A DNA stretch of 63,911 bases, filler included, from Octopus bimaculoides (Eukaryota): the NCBI RefSeq assembly GCF_001194135.2. It is 7 parts of 6 records of this genome, joined end to end, with 100 filler letters (N's around TTAATTAATTAA, not from the genome) between each part and the next. Parts side by side here need not be neighbours in the genome. Positions count along the whole stretch, not along the records: positions 1 to 16,270 come from NC_068986.1; positions 16,371 to 23,586 come from NC_068987.1; positions 23,687 to 32,749 come from NC_068989.1; 4 more parts are not named here. One strand, written 5' to 3'. The position numbers and the translations under genes are program-made. Numbering within the stretch: position 1 is the first letter of the stretch; each line of letters starts with the position of its first letter. The notes under the pieces were generated by a model that was given only the letters and a program-made list of their open reading frames with translations, did no database searches and had not been told where the DNA came from. Below are positions 12,721 through 25,039 of the stretch, one piece after another.

Positions 12721-14035
12721 TACAGTAATATGTGGTGGGATTTAAAGGAGGTCGTATTGACAAGCTTGATAGATCAGAGTCAGAGAATAATGTATATCTA
12801 TTTAGATGTAGTGGCCACGCTAATATCGAATAATGGAATAATGTTTAATGGATAGGTAGTGAATGAATATAGAATAATCTCTTACATACACGCATGTGCG
12901 TGTGGATTATTATATAAACATACTTACCCCTCCATATGTTCATATGTTTGTGTGTGCACATTTGGGTGTGTATATATATATATACGCTCTTAGATAAATA
13001 CTGTGAATTATCAAAAGATCAGCATTAAACATACATAATAATAATTAATACATGCATACATAATACCTAGTACTATGTTTCGTTTTTCGTCCCAAATTCG
13101 CACAAAAGCTCCTTGTGTTTTGTAAAACACCAGCACTTCCTCTTTTTGGCTAATAAATATCTACTTATGTATTACGTTTAATTTTGAAACCTAATTTCTT
13201 ATGCTTATTTTTACTTACTATTTTATTTGTTTACTACTATTTGTTGATTGTGTACTACAAACAGTCGCAGACATAGCTGTGTTGTTTAGAAAACTCTTTT
13301 AACTATTGCCCATCTTCGGGTTCAGTTCCTTCGTGCAGCTCCTTGGAGGTATGTCTTCTGCCTTAGCTTCGGGTTTACTAAATACTTGTGAGTGGAATTT
13401 ATAAGACAGGAATTGTCGGGGATTGTAGTGCATGTAAAGAAGCTCTAAATTTAAAAAAAAAAAGCTACCAAATTCATCGAATTATTTTTCAATGGATCTG
13501 GTTGTATATGACAAGTTCCATTGTACGTAGACCTGTCTGCGCCATGAAGGTGAAAAAGCTGGTCGCCATTGTTTACTAAATGTCTATTCTACCAGAGAAT
13601 TAAATTACAATCATTGTTTTTTTACGATTCGATCTTCATGTGTTAAGGACCAACCAGCAAATGAAATAATTGCAAGAGTTTCACTATTATTATGTTTTAC
13701 TTACAGCGTGATATTTACCTGCCGGGTTTGAGATATTTAGAAGTCAACTCGCAAAGTCGATGGCACAGTCGTTATGAATTAGCAAATTTGAATGGATTGA
13801 CCCTCTTGTAAAGATACTGATTTTATCTTAGACCAAACCAAGCCAAGTCAAATAAAACAAAGGCTTAAATGCTACAACATTCTGCAAATTCACTAATATG
13901 TAACACTGGCACATAAGCAACGAAGATGCACAAGTTAAATATTCTCTCTTGTCACACAACCTTAACATAATGTGTTGATATTTGAACCGTAGTTTTTGGC
14001 TAACAACATAAATATAAGATCGAATTTGTACATAA

Positions 14036-14201
14036 TAAGGCAAGACTGTGTGGTTAAGAATCTCGCTTTGCAACTTCGTGATCTCGAGTTCAGTTTTACT
14101 GCGCGGCACCTTGGGCAAGTGTCTCCTACAATAGCCCCAGGCCGACCAAAGACTTGTGAGTGAATTTGGTAGACAGAAACTATGTGGGAGCTCGTCGTGT
14201 A
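14036..14201 (+). mobile_element. SINE family B head
   Basis: tgtgtggttaagaa...ggcaccttgggcaagtgtctcctacaatagcc (CORE-like box). Confidence 0.8.
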
Positions 14202-14459
14202 NNNNNNNNNNNNNNNNNNNNNNNNNNNNNNNNNNNNNNNNNNNNNNNNNNNNNNNNNNNNNNNNNNNNNNNNNNNNNNNNNNNNNNNNNNNNNNNNNNN
14301 NNNNNNNNNNNNNNNNNNNNNNNNNNNNNNNNNNNNNNNNNNNNNNNNNNNNNNNNNNNNNNNNNNNNNNNNNNNNNNNNNNNNNNNNNNNNNNNNNNNN
14401 NNNNNNNNNNNNNNNNNNNNNNNNNNNNNNNNNNNNNNNNNNNNNNNATATATATATAA

Positions 14460-14690
14460 TCTTTTTTGCTTGTTCAGTAATTAGACTGGGCCATGCTAGG
14501 GCACCGCCTTGAAGAACTTTTAGTCGAATAAATCAACCCAGTACTTATTTGTTTGAGAGCCAGATACCTATTCTATCGGTTTCTTAGCCGAACCGCTAAG
14601 TTACGGGGACATAAACACATGAACGTCGGTTGTCAAGCGGTTGTGGGGGACAAACACAGACACACACACAAATACACACACACACGCACA
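14460..14690 (-). mobile_element. SINE family B tail
   Basis: ggccatgct...gccgaaccgctaagttacggggacataaacac...cggttgtcaagcg. Confidence 0.75.
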
Positions 14691-15617
14691 CGCACACGCA
14701 CATATGATATATATATATATATATATATATATAAACATCCTTAATGATCAGTTACAATTGTTTCTGATCATTGAAAATGTATTAAAGTCTTTATTGCCTT
14801 CTAGTTCGGGTTATATTTTCCTCTTCGCTAAACCCACGCAACGTTTTTACCGCTGTGTAACCAGCGTTTTCTACACCTGAAGCATTTCAGGAGTAGTCTG
14901 CAATCCAGTAGTGCTGAAAACTCAGAGCTCGAGTTGAGTGCTACATTGAAAATACTGCTTTCCCCCTACCAGGACTTTATATATATAGGCAGGTGTCCAG
15001 CACCAATGAAAGGTAAAGGCTCAGAAACCATGGTCTACTGATCTTGCTAAGCTGGAGAGGAGTGATTCGCTCCCTTACTCACAATATATAGGGTGCATGT
15101 TGTGTGTCATTAACCAACTGGAAAAAAACGTTTTCCTGGGATTAAAATGTAGCAGCATAGTTCTTTATTTCCGCTACCCCAGATACTAACTTATACATAG
15201 TAGTGTGTACGTGCGTGCGTGCGTGCGTGTGTGTGTTGTGAAGGGAAACTAAATTCTTAGTGGCTGCTCAAGCTGCAAGAACCAAATATTTGGTCGAACC
15301 AAATATTCTTCATATCATACTCTGCTACCTTTCAGAAAAGGAACGACATGCTAAGTAATGTAACCATAGACTCACAATGCAGAGAGAAAAAATAATGAGG
15401 TTGGCTCGGTAAGAACGCCTCTGGCTATAGGCCTGCTAGAGCAGGTCTGACTTTGAGCAAAACAAATCAATGAGGAACTACTACGATGTCACTCTACCTG
15501 TTAGTAAGTAGTAGTAAAATCCTCCTCAAATCACACCCTGCTATCTTTAAAAAAAGAAAAGGAAGAAAGCATGTATATTCAGGTTAATGTAAAGTTGTTT
15601 ACGTTATCTATCTAAAA

Positions 15618-15830
15618 GGCGGCGAGATGGCAGAATCCTTATCACAATGGCAAAATGCTTAGCGGTATTTCGTTCGCCTTTACGTTCTGTGTCCAAATGC
15701 CGCCGAGGTTGATTTTGCTTTTCAGCCTTTTCGGGGTCGATGAAATAAGTACCAGTTGAGCGCTGAGGTTGATATAATCGACGAGCTCCCTCTACCAAAA
15801 TTGAAGGCCCTGTGCCTATAGTGAGAAGGA
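15618..15830 (+). mobile_element. SINE family A
   Basis: ggcggcgagatggcagaatc...ttttcggggtcgatgaaataagtaccag. Confidence 0.85.
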
Positions 15831-16230
15831 TTTTGTATCTAAAAGGCTATTGGATGGTCACAGTTACAATCCCTTGTATAATAGATCTGCACAATGAGAG
15901 ATCTACTAGAGACTGGTTATAGTTGACAACAACAACGAATCCACAGTATGAGTTCGATCTCCGATTGAACATTTATACCTTGCTTGTCTTTCGTAATTTA
16001 CGTCATTTAGAAACATTGAATATCCTGTACAAGGATACATATCCTTCACGATATCAGGCAACACTTTCAATTCCTGGGTGAAAATCTAGGAACTAACCGT
16101 TTTGATCCTGTACAAAACTGAACTTATAACAACGATTTGATGATATAGATGATGACTCAACGATTATATGTCCATCACACACAAACAGACACACACAAAC
16201 AGAGACACACACACACACACACACACACAA

Positions 16231-16270
<40 letters not shown>

Positions 16271-16689
16271 NNNNNNNNNNNNNNNNNNNNNNNNNNNNNN
16301 NNNNNNNNNNNNNNTTAATTAATTAANNNNNNNNNNNNNNNNNNNNNNNNNNNNNNNNNNNNNNNNNNNNTGGAGGATAGTGGCGGACGGAAAACAAGAC
16401 AGAAAAACGAAACGGTGAAATAAACAAACAAAAAAGGCTATACAGCCAGACGTGGAAAAGTATGTGTATATTGAACGCTGTGAAGTACGAACTGGAAGGA
16501 AACGGGACGAAGAAGAATGTTCGTATATGCTTGGCGAGGCCAAGAATGAAAAGAATTAGTAGCTGGACACATGTGACCAGCGAGGGGTAGGGAGAAAGAG
16601 TGATAGAGGGAGAAACAGGGGAGGAAGTAGAATATAAGTGAGCAACGGGATAGAGAGAGAGAGAGATAGAGATAGTAGTGACGGGGAGA

Positions 16690-17050
16690 GGCGAAGAACA
16701 GTAGAAGGAAGAATGAGAGGGGGAGATAGATACAAAGATAGAAAGATTCGCGTCAGAAAAATAAAGTTCAAAACTTACTTACAAGGGTAACGCGTGCGTT
16801 CGATCGTGTGATACAAATAAAATATGAGTATATGCATATATAGGTACATGTGTGTACATACCTTCATTTACATGTATATATAGATGCATATCTGGGTACA
16901 TGACGTTGCAAAAAAACATGGACAAAATGATAAACAAGGTACAAAAAACACACAGGCCACATAGACAACATACCCTTCATCAGCTGCCACCATTATAACA
17001 CTGGCATTTCGAAGAGTTAGGGCAGGACGCATCGTTAAAATGGCTCTTCC
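16690..17050. repeat. Dispersed repeat, paralog of 1-330
   Basis: Shared blocks as listed for 1-330. Confidence 0.7.
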
Positions 17051-17129
17051 CACGGACACAAATTAGATTTGTTCCATATATATATATATGGAGTAATATT
17101 ACAGTAAGGAGTGGAACGTATAATTTTCT

Positions 17130-17545
17130 ATGAGTCAGACGGCTTGGACATCCCAGCAGAGAAAATAGAAAAGGTGTTGTCCTGGAGGATAGCGAGGGAG
17201 ATGCGCTGGAACAGCCACTCTGACTAATGGGGCTCGCACTTGCGAAGAGCCATCTTCACCCCGACAATGGTGAACAGGGATATGGTTCACTGGCCGAGAA
17301 CGCCGGAGGTCTCCACTGCCATCGGTTCGACCATAAACCCGTCAGAGAACGATCAGTACTTTGACAGTTTGCTTTTATAAGTGGAGCCTGGGCTGGTAGC
17401 TGAACACACCAAGTTGACGCTGGAGAAGGTCTCACAGCATGTGGCATCCCAGATGAGGGCGCCTACTGCCACAGAACGGGAAAATTGTCATAGCGTCAGG
17501 CCTTTTACCGTCCCCTCGGTCTAGCCCCGCTGGATCGAACTAGTG
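17130..17545 (-). mobile_element. CRE-clade non-LTR retrotransposon endonuclease (RLE) fragment
   Basis: Minus strand, with frameshifts: DPAGLDRGDGKRPDAMTIFP..LIWDATC..KLSKY..FMVEPMAVETSGVLG..WLFQRISLAILQDN, matching the CRE-type DGKRPD / P.A.ET.G / QRIS.A.Q motifs. Confidence 0.8.
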
Positions 17546-17760
17546 GCTGGAAAAACCTCGTTCTAGATCGTTCATCGTGGAGAAAAGCAGTGCATGTTGG
17601 GAGAAAGGAATTCAAAGGAAACCGTATCGAACATGAAAAGCTTCAGAGTGATGTTCGTAATGGTCTCGATATTAATTTTCTTAGAAATGTTTGCATATAG
17701 TCCGATTTAACATGTAACGAGTGTGGTTGTGCCTGTGTTTGTAACCATACATTGTATGGC
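17545..17760 (+). mobile_element. RTE-clade LINE 3' fragment
   Basis: GWKNLVLDRSSWRKAVHVGRKEF...LTCNECG resembles the RTE C-terminus (W..LA.DR..WR and a C2H2-like knuckle). Confidence 0.6.
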
Positions 17761-17959
17761 ATCACTATTTGCAGTGAATGTGAAAAAAAATGTGCGTTAT
17801 ATGAAGGCTCACCGAAACACCTACTGCATGAGGCACCCATCATTGTCACCTTCGTGCAAAAGAGAGTAGGTTCATAGCAAGACTAAAAAGCCATATGCAT
17901 GTTGCTCATGTTTAGGAGAACAATCAAGCGATGGCACTACTCGAAATCGAGTTGAGACC

Positions 17960-18350
17960 ATCATGTATGTATGTATTTTTGTATGTATGTATGTTTTGTA
18001 TGTATGTATGTATGCATGTATGTTTGTATGTATATGTTTGTATATATGTATGTATGTTTGTTTGTATGTATGCATGTATACATGTTTGTATGTATGTATG
18101 TTTGTTTGTATGTATGCATGTATATGTATGTATGCATGTATATATGTATGTATATATGTATGTATTGTGTGTGCGTGTGTGTGTGTATTTATGCATGCAA
18201 GCATGTATATATGTATGTATGTATGCAAGGATGTATGTATGTATGAATGTATGTATGTATATATGCATATATGTATGTTTCTATGTATGTATGTGTACAA
18301 GAATGTATAAATGTATGGAAGGATATATCTATGTTTGCGCGCGCATGTGT
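17960..18350. repeat. Degenerate (ATGT)n microsatellite
   Basis: Direct reading of the sequence. Confidence 0.95.
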
Positions 18351-18431
18351 GTATAATCATTTAAATATCAATATTCGTACTTCCTAGTGTTTGTATGTAT
18401 ATATCATTGCATAAATTTTAAACCACTTTAA

Positions 18432-18625
18432 GGCTATGAGCTGGTAGAATCGTTAGTGCACCCCTAGAATTGCTTCGCAGAATTCCGTCCATCTTTACGT
18501 TCTGAGTTCGAATCCCACCGATGTCGAGCTAGCCTTTCGTTCTTTTCGGGGTCGGTAAAATACGTGCCAGTTGAGCACAGAGGTCGAAATTGCTGGCCTT
18601 GTGCCAAAATTCGAAATCAATATTA
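18432..18625 (+). mobile_element. SINE family A
   Basis: gagctggtagaatcgttag...gttctgagttcgaatccc...ttttcggggtcggtaaaa. Confidence 0.8.
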
Positions 18626-19206
18626 AATTACTTTATTTTACTTCTGCTGTAAGATACTGAGCACTCTATAACAGTTGTATTAAAATATACAGAAAGATAT
18701 ATTGAGAAGGATGTATGTGTGCGTGTGTATATATATATGTATGTATGTTTGTATATGTATACATATGTGTCTGTGTATGCGTGCGCTTGTGTGTGATTAT
18801 ATCGTACCAAAACCTACGCGCGCCCTATACGGCTTTGCTATAACGCTCAACAGCTGTAAAGCTTTGAACGACACCTGACGTCTTAAACTGATTACGCTGC
18901 CAATGACGTCATTTTCCTTTCATCGTGTATCAAGTGGATCTTGTTTAAGATTCATGAGTAGCAGTTTTGGCAAGTGGCGATAGCGTGAAGATAATTCATT
19001 CCAAGAACTAAAAGAGTCGACCATGTAATTGCTGAAGCATGGCGTTTTTTGTCTCATGAAAGCGGGGGATTCTTTGAGAAATACAATATATATCGTGCTG
19101 ACAACGCCACGTTCAACTATATTAGATTTCTAAATTATCCATTAAGAATTTGAAACGAAGGACGGAGTCCAGGGAAACCATAATTGTTTACCTCGGAAAA
19201 AAATAA

Positions 19207-19393
19207 AGCGCGCCGGACAAAATGGTTTGCGTTATTTCATCCGGCTTTACATTCTAAGTTCAAATATCCTCAAGGTTGTCACTACTTTTCAGCAATTCGG
19301 AGTCAATAAAATAAGTACCAATTGAGCACTGAGATCGATGTAATCGACTGTCCTCCCCACCAACATTTCAGGCCTTGTGCCTATAGTAGAAAC
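19207..19393 (+). mobile_element. SINE family A (left member of an inverted pair)
   Basis: aataagtaccaattgagcactgagatcgatgtaatcgact...caggccttgtgcctatagtagaaa. Confidence 0.8.
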
Positions 19394-19437
<44 letters not shown>

Positions 19438-19438
<1 letters not shown>

Positions 19439-19638
19439 CCTTTCTATTACAGGCACAAGGCCTGAAATTGTGGGGAGCGGGGTAGTCGATTACATCGACT
19501 CCAGTACTCAACTGGTATTTAATTTATCGACCCGGAGAGGATGAAAGCAAAGTCGACCTCGGCGGAATTTGAACTCAGAACATAGCGGCAGACGAAATAC
19601 CGCTAAGCATTTCGTCCAGCGTGCTGACAATTCTGCCA
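19438..19638 (-). mobile_element. SINE family A (right member of an inverted pair)
   Basis: Near-consensus reverse complement: tttctattacaggcacaaggcctgaaa...aaagtcgacctcggcggaatttgaactcagaac. Confidence 0.9.
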
Positions 19639-19654
19639 ATAATAATAATAATAA

Positions 19655-20230
19655 TAAATGCCCTGATGCAGTACCAGGCAGTAGCTCTCATGGCTTTTGA
19701 TTTTAACTGATTGGAAGTGTTATCATGTATATTGATTTGTCTAAGTATAAAAGATGGGCTACAGGAAAAATTCTGCTCAATCCCACAGATTTGTTTTTCA
19801 ATTGTTCGACTTTAACCAGTTGAGCATGTCTCTTAGTGGCTGACAATATGTGCATCTTTGATCATGAGCAGGAGTAGTGGGGGAGCATCATAGCCATGTG
19901 TTGAGAAGGCTTTTTTGGGGGTTTGGATAACTCACTTTTGGAAACATGGGTGTTTTGTTCAACATCCTTAAACAACCCTTATTCAGGGACCTTTTGAGCG
20001 TGATGGGCTACTCGACCTGAAGAAAATTCTAACTGGGCCCCACCTGCAAGGTTATGCGTTGTTTATCTTGATATGAGATCACTATGTCGCGCACATATGG
20101 TTGTGATGCATGTACCTGGTGTACCCTTATCAGACGGGTAGTCATGATGGGTATAATAGGCTTCGTATATTTTACCCTAGTGTCACTCTGAAGGCATGCG
20201 CTGCTCTCTCACTCAATAATAATAATGATA
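19655..20230 (+). mobile_element. Non-coding retroelement 3' fragment flanked by (AAT)n
   Basis: Higher-GC block with AAT repeats on both sides. Resembles a LINE 3'UTR; family not identified. Confidence 0.4.
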
Positions 20231-20239
20231 ATGATTTCT

Positions 20240-20790
20240 TCTATTTGCCACCAGGGTAAAGGATGAGGGAAACAATACAAAGACAGACATAAAGTGTTGG
20301 GGTTTACATATGATGGAATGATAAAATATTAAAAAAAAGTATACACGGTATACATTGGAAAAAGGAAAGTATAATAGTACTAGAAGAAGAAGGGAAAAAA
20401 CAAAAAAAAGTGATAGTGATGGGATTCCCCTGATACAGGAGGACCTCTAGGGATAACCGAGGAACCCCACCATCCAAGGTTACCCTGAATATCAAGGACG
20501 AGTTCCCGCTCCAACTCTTTCCTTCCGACTCACAGGTCTACATTGAGAGTGATACCATCCACTCTTGCTATTTTCGCAACTTCCACCAACCTTTTCATAA
20601 ATTCACTCTGGGACAACACCTCTCTCTCCACCCTTCACTTTCCTTTTCAAGTGAAGCTTGAAAGAATCCATAAGGGCTTTACCAAAGAGGAATGTTTCTG
20701 TCCTCATTCCTTTCAGCCTCGTCCACTAAACAACCTCTTTCGCCACAGCCACCAGGCAAAGGAAAACTGCCTTGCCTGCCCGACAGGAGA
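20240..20790 (-). mobile_element. Tx1/L1-clade LINE ORF2 C-terminus and 3'UTR
   Basis: Minus strand: KEVV*WTRLKG...FKLHLKRKVK...SEFMKRLVEVAKIARVDG. Confidence 0.6.
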
Positions 20791-21508
20791 TTAAGTAGGT
20801 AAATTAATAAATAAAACTTTTGTTGGGCAGGATTGGCAACATTCCTATTTTTGAGGTCTTCAAAAATAATGGTGGGAAGAAAGGAAGAAAATCATGGATT
20901 ATATTTAAGTCCATATACTAGCAATGGAGTTAAAGGCATGCAAGGGCAAGATGATGTCAAACTGGATGNNNNNNNNNNTCTTTCGCCACAGCCACCAGGC
21001 AAAGGAAAACTGCCTTGCCTGCCCGACAGGAGATTAAGTAGGTAAATTAATAAATAAAACTTTTGTTGGGCAGGATTGGCAACATTCCTATTTTTGAGGT
21101 CTTCAAAAATAATGGTGGGAAGAAAGGAAGAAAATCATGGATTATATTTAAGTCCATATACTAGCAATGGAGTTAAAGGCATGCAAGGGCAAGATGATGT
21201 CAAACTGGATGATAGATACAGTCGACCACAAAAAAAAAAACAAAAAAAAAACAGGAACGGTTCCTTCGACAGGCTTCCACACGGTTTCCGTTCACCAAAA
21301 TTTACTTACAACAATTTGACTTGACTCAAAGCTATAGTAGAAGATGCTTGCTCAAGATAATGTGTAACCAGCTGATTGTAAGGGGAATTTCATAATCACA
21401 AGTATATACCTACTCTCATTAGTATAGTGTCAATATGATGCATTAATGTCTCCTGAACACCTCCAGTAAACCTCTTAATTACATTTTAATATGATGACAG
21501 GATGTAAA

Positions 21509-21700
21509 GTGGAGAGCTGGCAGAATCATTAGCGCACCGGAGAAAATGCTTGGCAGCATTTCGTCCGTCTTTACGTTCTGAGTTCAAAATCCACCCAGAT
21601 CGACTTTGCTTTTCTTCCTTTTGGAGTAGATGAAATAAGTAGCAGTCAAGCTCAGGGGTCGAGGTAATCGACTTGTCCCTTCCCCAAAATTTCAGACCTA
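21509..21700 (+). mobile_element. SINE family A
   Basis: gagagctggcagaatcattagc...gttctgagttcaaaatcc...tcgactttgc. Confidence 0.8.
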
Positions 21701-22059
21701 TAATCGTTCAAATCAATCTCTGTACCAAAGACAAAAGCCAATATTAATGAAATACGGTAAAAGAAGATGTAAGTTCTCGGCAAATCAACTTCAGCTCAAT
21801 CCCTAACTGAAGCCATTTCATTTACGCAGCTAATGTCTTTTTCGAAAAACAGAAGCCACACAATACTTAATTTCCTTATCTTTCAAAATGTTTAGTTGGA
21901 ACTTAGTTGTGGCCCGTAACATTCTGAGTTCTAAATTCGCCGAAGTTAACTTTGTCATCCATCCTTCTGGAATCAATAAAATAAAAGTTAGTTACTCAGG
22001 TCAATACATTCAGCTTCCCTTTACCCTAATGCATATCATATATATTAGTGAACAAGGAT

Positions 22060-22377
22060 GTGGCGATCTGGTAGAATCGTTAACACGCCGGGCGAAATGC
22101 TTAGCGGTATTTCGTCTGCCATTACGTTCTGGGTTCAAATTCCGCCGAGGTCGACTTTGCCTTTCATCCTTTCGGGGTCGATAAATTAAGTACCAGTTAT
22201 ACACTGGGTCGATGTAATCGACTTAATCCCTTTGTCTGTCCTTGTTTGTCCCCTCTATGTTTAGCCCCTTGTGGGCAATAAAGAAATAAGAATCGTTAAC
22301 ACGCAGGATCAAATGCTTAGTTGCATTTCTTCCGGTTTTACGTTCTGAGTTTAAATTCCGCCAAAGTCAATAAAATA
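22060..22377 (+). mobile_element. SINE family A near-consensus copy plus a partial tandem copy
   Basis: ggcgaaatgcttagcggtatttcgtc...ttcaaattccgccgaggtcgactttgcctttcatcctttcggggtcgataaattaagtaccag. Confidence 0.9.
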
Positions 22378-22950
22378 NNNNNNNNNNNNNNNNNNNNNNN
22401 NNNNNNNNNNNNNNNNNNNNNNNNNNNNNNNNNNNNNNNNNNNNNNNNNNNNNNNAGTAGAAAGAACATTAGTGAATAAGCAGTTAACTGAACACTCCTA
22501 GTTTAGTACAAGTTTTAAAACATAGGAAGTAAAATTCAAGACCATTGACAACACAAAGAACAAAAACGACGAATATATATATATATTTATATATATATTT
22601 TTTATTTTCTCTCTTTTTATTTTATTTTATTTTCTCTCTCTGCTAATTTCTGTGTTCCTTTCTGTTGAAGAGCGTAGGCTCGAAACATAAAAGACTTTCT
22701 CACTTCCCGAGCGTTAAACTAATACAACTGTTTGTTGTTTACACACCCGTCTTCGTCTTTTGTTTTGTCTTTTTGTAAATTCCAAGAATATACATAAGTC
22801 TGGGAATGTTAACAATGACTTTTATAATGAAACTTTAGAATATATGGCGGTAATTTTATGCTTAATCACTTGTTTTTCGCAATATTTCAGAGAAGTTACT
22901 TCCTCTGTCCATGTATTTGTTAGTCATGACGTTCCTTTAAAAGTTGACGT

Positions 22951-23345
22951 TACTCTTTTACTCTTTTATTTGTTTCAGTCATTTGACTGCGGCCATGCTG
23001 GAGCACTGCCTTTAGTCGAACAAATCGCACCCAGGACTTATGCTTTGTAAGCCTAGTACTTATTTTATCGGTCACTTTTTGCCGACCCGCTAAATTACGG
23101 AACATAAACACACCAGCATCGGTTGTCAAGCGGTAGTTCGTGGGGGTGGGGGATACAAACACACACAAACACACACATATATATATATACGACGGGATTC
23201 CTTCAGTTTCCGTCAACCAAATCCACTCACAAGGCTTTGGTCGGCCCGAGGCTAAAGTACCTGGCCAAGATGCCACGAAGTGGGACTGAACCTGGAACCA
23301 TGTGGTTGGTAAGCAAGCTACTTACCACACAGTCACTCCTGCACC
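22951..23345 (-). mobile_element. Full-length SINE family B
   Basis: Runs from the ctcttttactctttt tail through the CORE-like box to the head cacacagtcactcctgc. Confidence 0.9.
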
Positions 23346-23687
23346 TATATGAAATTCTAAAATATTTCAAAAATGCCAGATAATACTATTAAGTACTGTT
23401 TGTACGCTATTCTTTCCTAATGTACTCTAAAGATGTTCTGAACTATTTCCTCCTCACTTATTTAATTACATGATGTCATCAAATTCATTGTCACCTGAAC
23501 TATCTTATTAGATTATAAAACAAGTCCTATAAATATGTTTAGTAAACATGTAATTAGTCTTACTGTGAAATTATGGCAGAGAAAATNNNNNNNNNNNNNN
23601 NNNNNNNNNNNNNNNNNNNNNNNNNNNNNNTTAATTAATTAANNNNNNNNNNNNNNNNNNNNNNNNNNNNNNNNNNNNNNNNNNNNC

Positions 23688-24012
23688 ATTGAAGTGTTGG
23701 TCGAGGGCCAACCTCGCCGCTAAAACGTCGGATGCGATGCCACTTCGCAATGCCTCTTCTAACTTTATCACTAGCTCCCCCTCTTCTCTGTTCCTCTCTA
23801 CAGCTAGTGCCCTGCTATACCTTATTGCTTCCGCCCTTACTGCTCTCTTGAGGGCAAACCACCATTTGTTGTTGACGATGGCTCCCGTCAAAGCCCTCTT
23901 TACTAACGTGCTAATCCGGTCTCTGAAAACCTGTCTCGACGGGAAAGACGCGTTTAGTTTCCAGTAACCGGGACCCTGCCTATGTGCCTTATCTAAGTCT
24001 AGCGTACACGTC
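23688..24012 (-). mobile_element. Tx1/L1-clade LINE ORF2 fragment (just after the APE endonuclease)
   Basis: GPGYWKLNASF...WWFALKRAVRAEAIRYS. Confidence 0.85.
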
Positions 24013-24014
24013 AC

Positions 24015-24058
<44 letters not shown>

Positions 24059-24062
24059 ATCA

Positions 24063-24218
24063 CAGGCTTCTTTCAGTTTCCGTCTTCCAAATCCACTCAC
24101 GAGGCTTTGGCTGGTCCGCGACTATAGTAGAAAACACTCTCGCAATGTGCCACGTAGTGAGACCGAACCCAGAACCATGAGATTGGGAAGCAATTTTCTA
24201 ACCTCACAGCCACGCCTA
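24063..24218 (-). mobile_element. SINE family B head
   Basis: ggcttctttcagtttccgtc...ctcacagccacgcct. Confidence 0.8.
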
Positions 24219-24629
24219 CCATACACACATACACACACATACACAAACGCACGCGCACGCGCGCACATACGGGTGATGTCTAGTTCCATTGTTTTGCGTC
24301 GGCACCGATTTCACTGAGGAGTCACAGACAATAATTAAATTGATTATGGCGAAACCTTAGGGTATAGAATTAGGTGCTATATTTCTTTCTTTTCATTTGT
24401 CCAGCTCGTAAACATCCAACGTCTTGCTAATCTGAGAACACATTCTTCGTGGTAGGACAGTTTGACGTCTATTTTTAGCATACAAGAAATCCACTGAGCG
24501 GTCTCTCCTCTTATTTATATTTAAATATAATACATAGTCCTCGGACGTTTTCTACGTATGCTGACTACTGGTTCAAATTGGTATTATTTAATAATAATAA
24601 TATCTACCTTTATTATTTGGTTTTAATTT

Positions 24630-24699
<70 letters not shown>

Positions 24700-25039
24700 N
24701 NNNNNNNNNNNNNNNNNNNNNNNNNNNNNNNNNNNNNNNNNNNNNNNNNNNNNNNNNNNNNNNNNNNNNNNNNNNNNNNNNNNNNNNNNNNNNNNNNNNN
24801 NNNNNNNNNNNNNNNNNNNNNNNNNNNNNNNNNNNNNNNNNNNNNNNNNNNNNNNNNNNNNNNNNNNNNNNNNNNNNNNNNNNNNNNNNNNNNNNNNNNN
24901 NNNNNNNNNNNNNNNNNNNNNNNNNNNNNNNNNNNATATATATATATATATAGATAGATAGATACTCACACATACACACATATATGCATGTGGGAATATA
25001 TCATAATAAAAGTTTACTATGGAGTACCGACAATTTTAT

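Noticed and set aside
16271-16370. TTAATTAATTAA centred in 44N+12+44N gaps (also 23631, 32794, 45534, 57848, 62788)
   Set aside because: An identical palindrome with stops in all six frames, in identical 100-bp gaps, is an assembler/scaffolder spacer rather than biology.
20735-21210. Exact ~230-bp tandem duplication around a 10-N gap
   Set aside because: Identical copies flanking a tiny gap indicate an unmerged contig overlap.
20240-24012. The two Tx1/L1 fragments as one contiguous element
   Set aside because: Their order and strand are compatible, but the intervening 2.9 kb has no RT sequence, so a single element cannot be supported.
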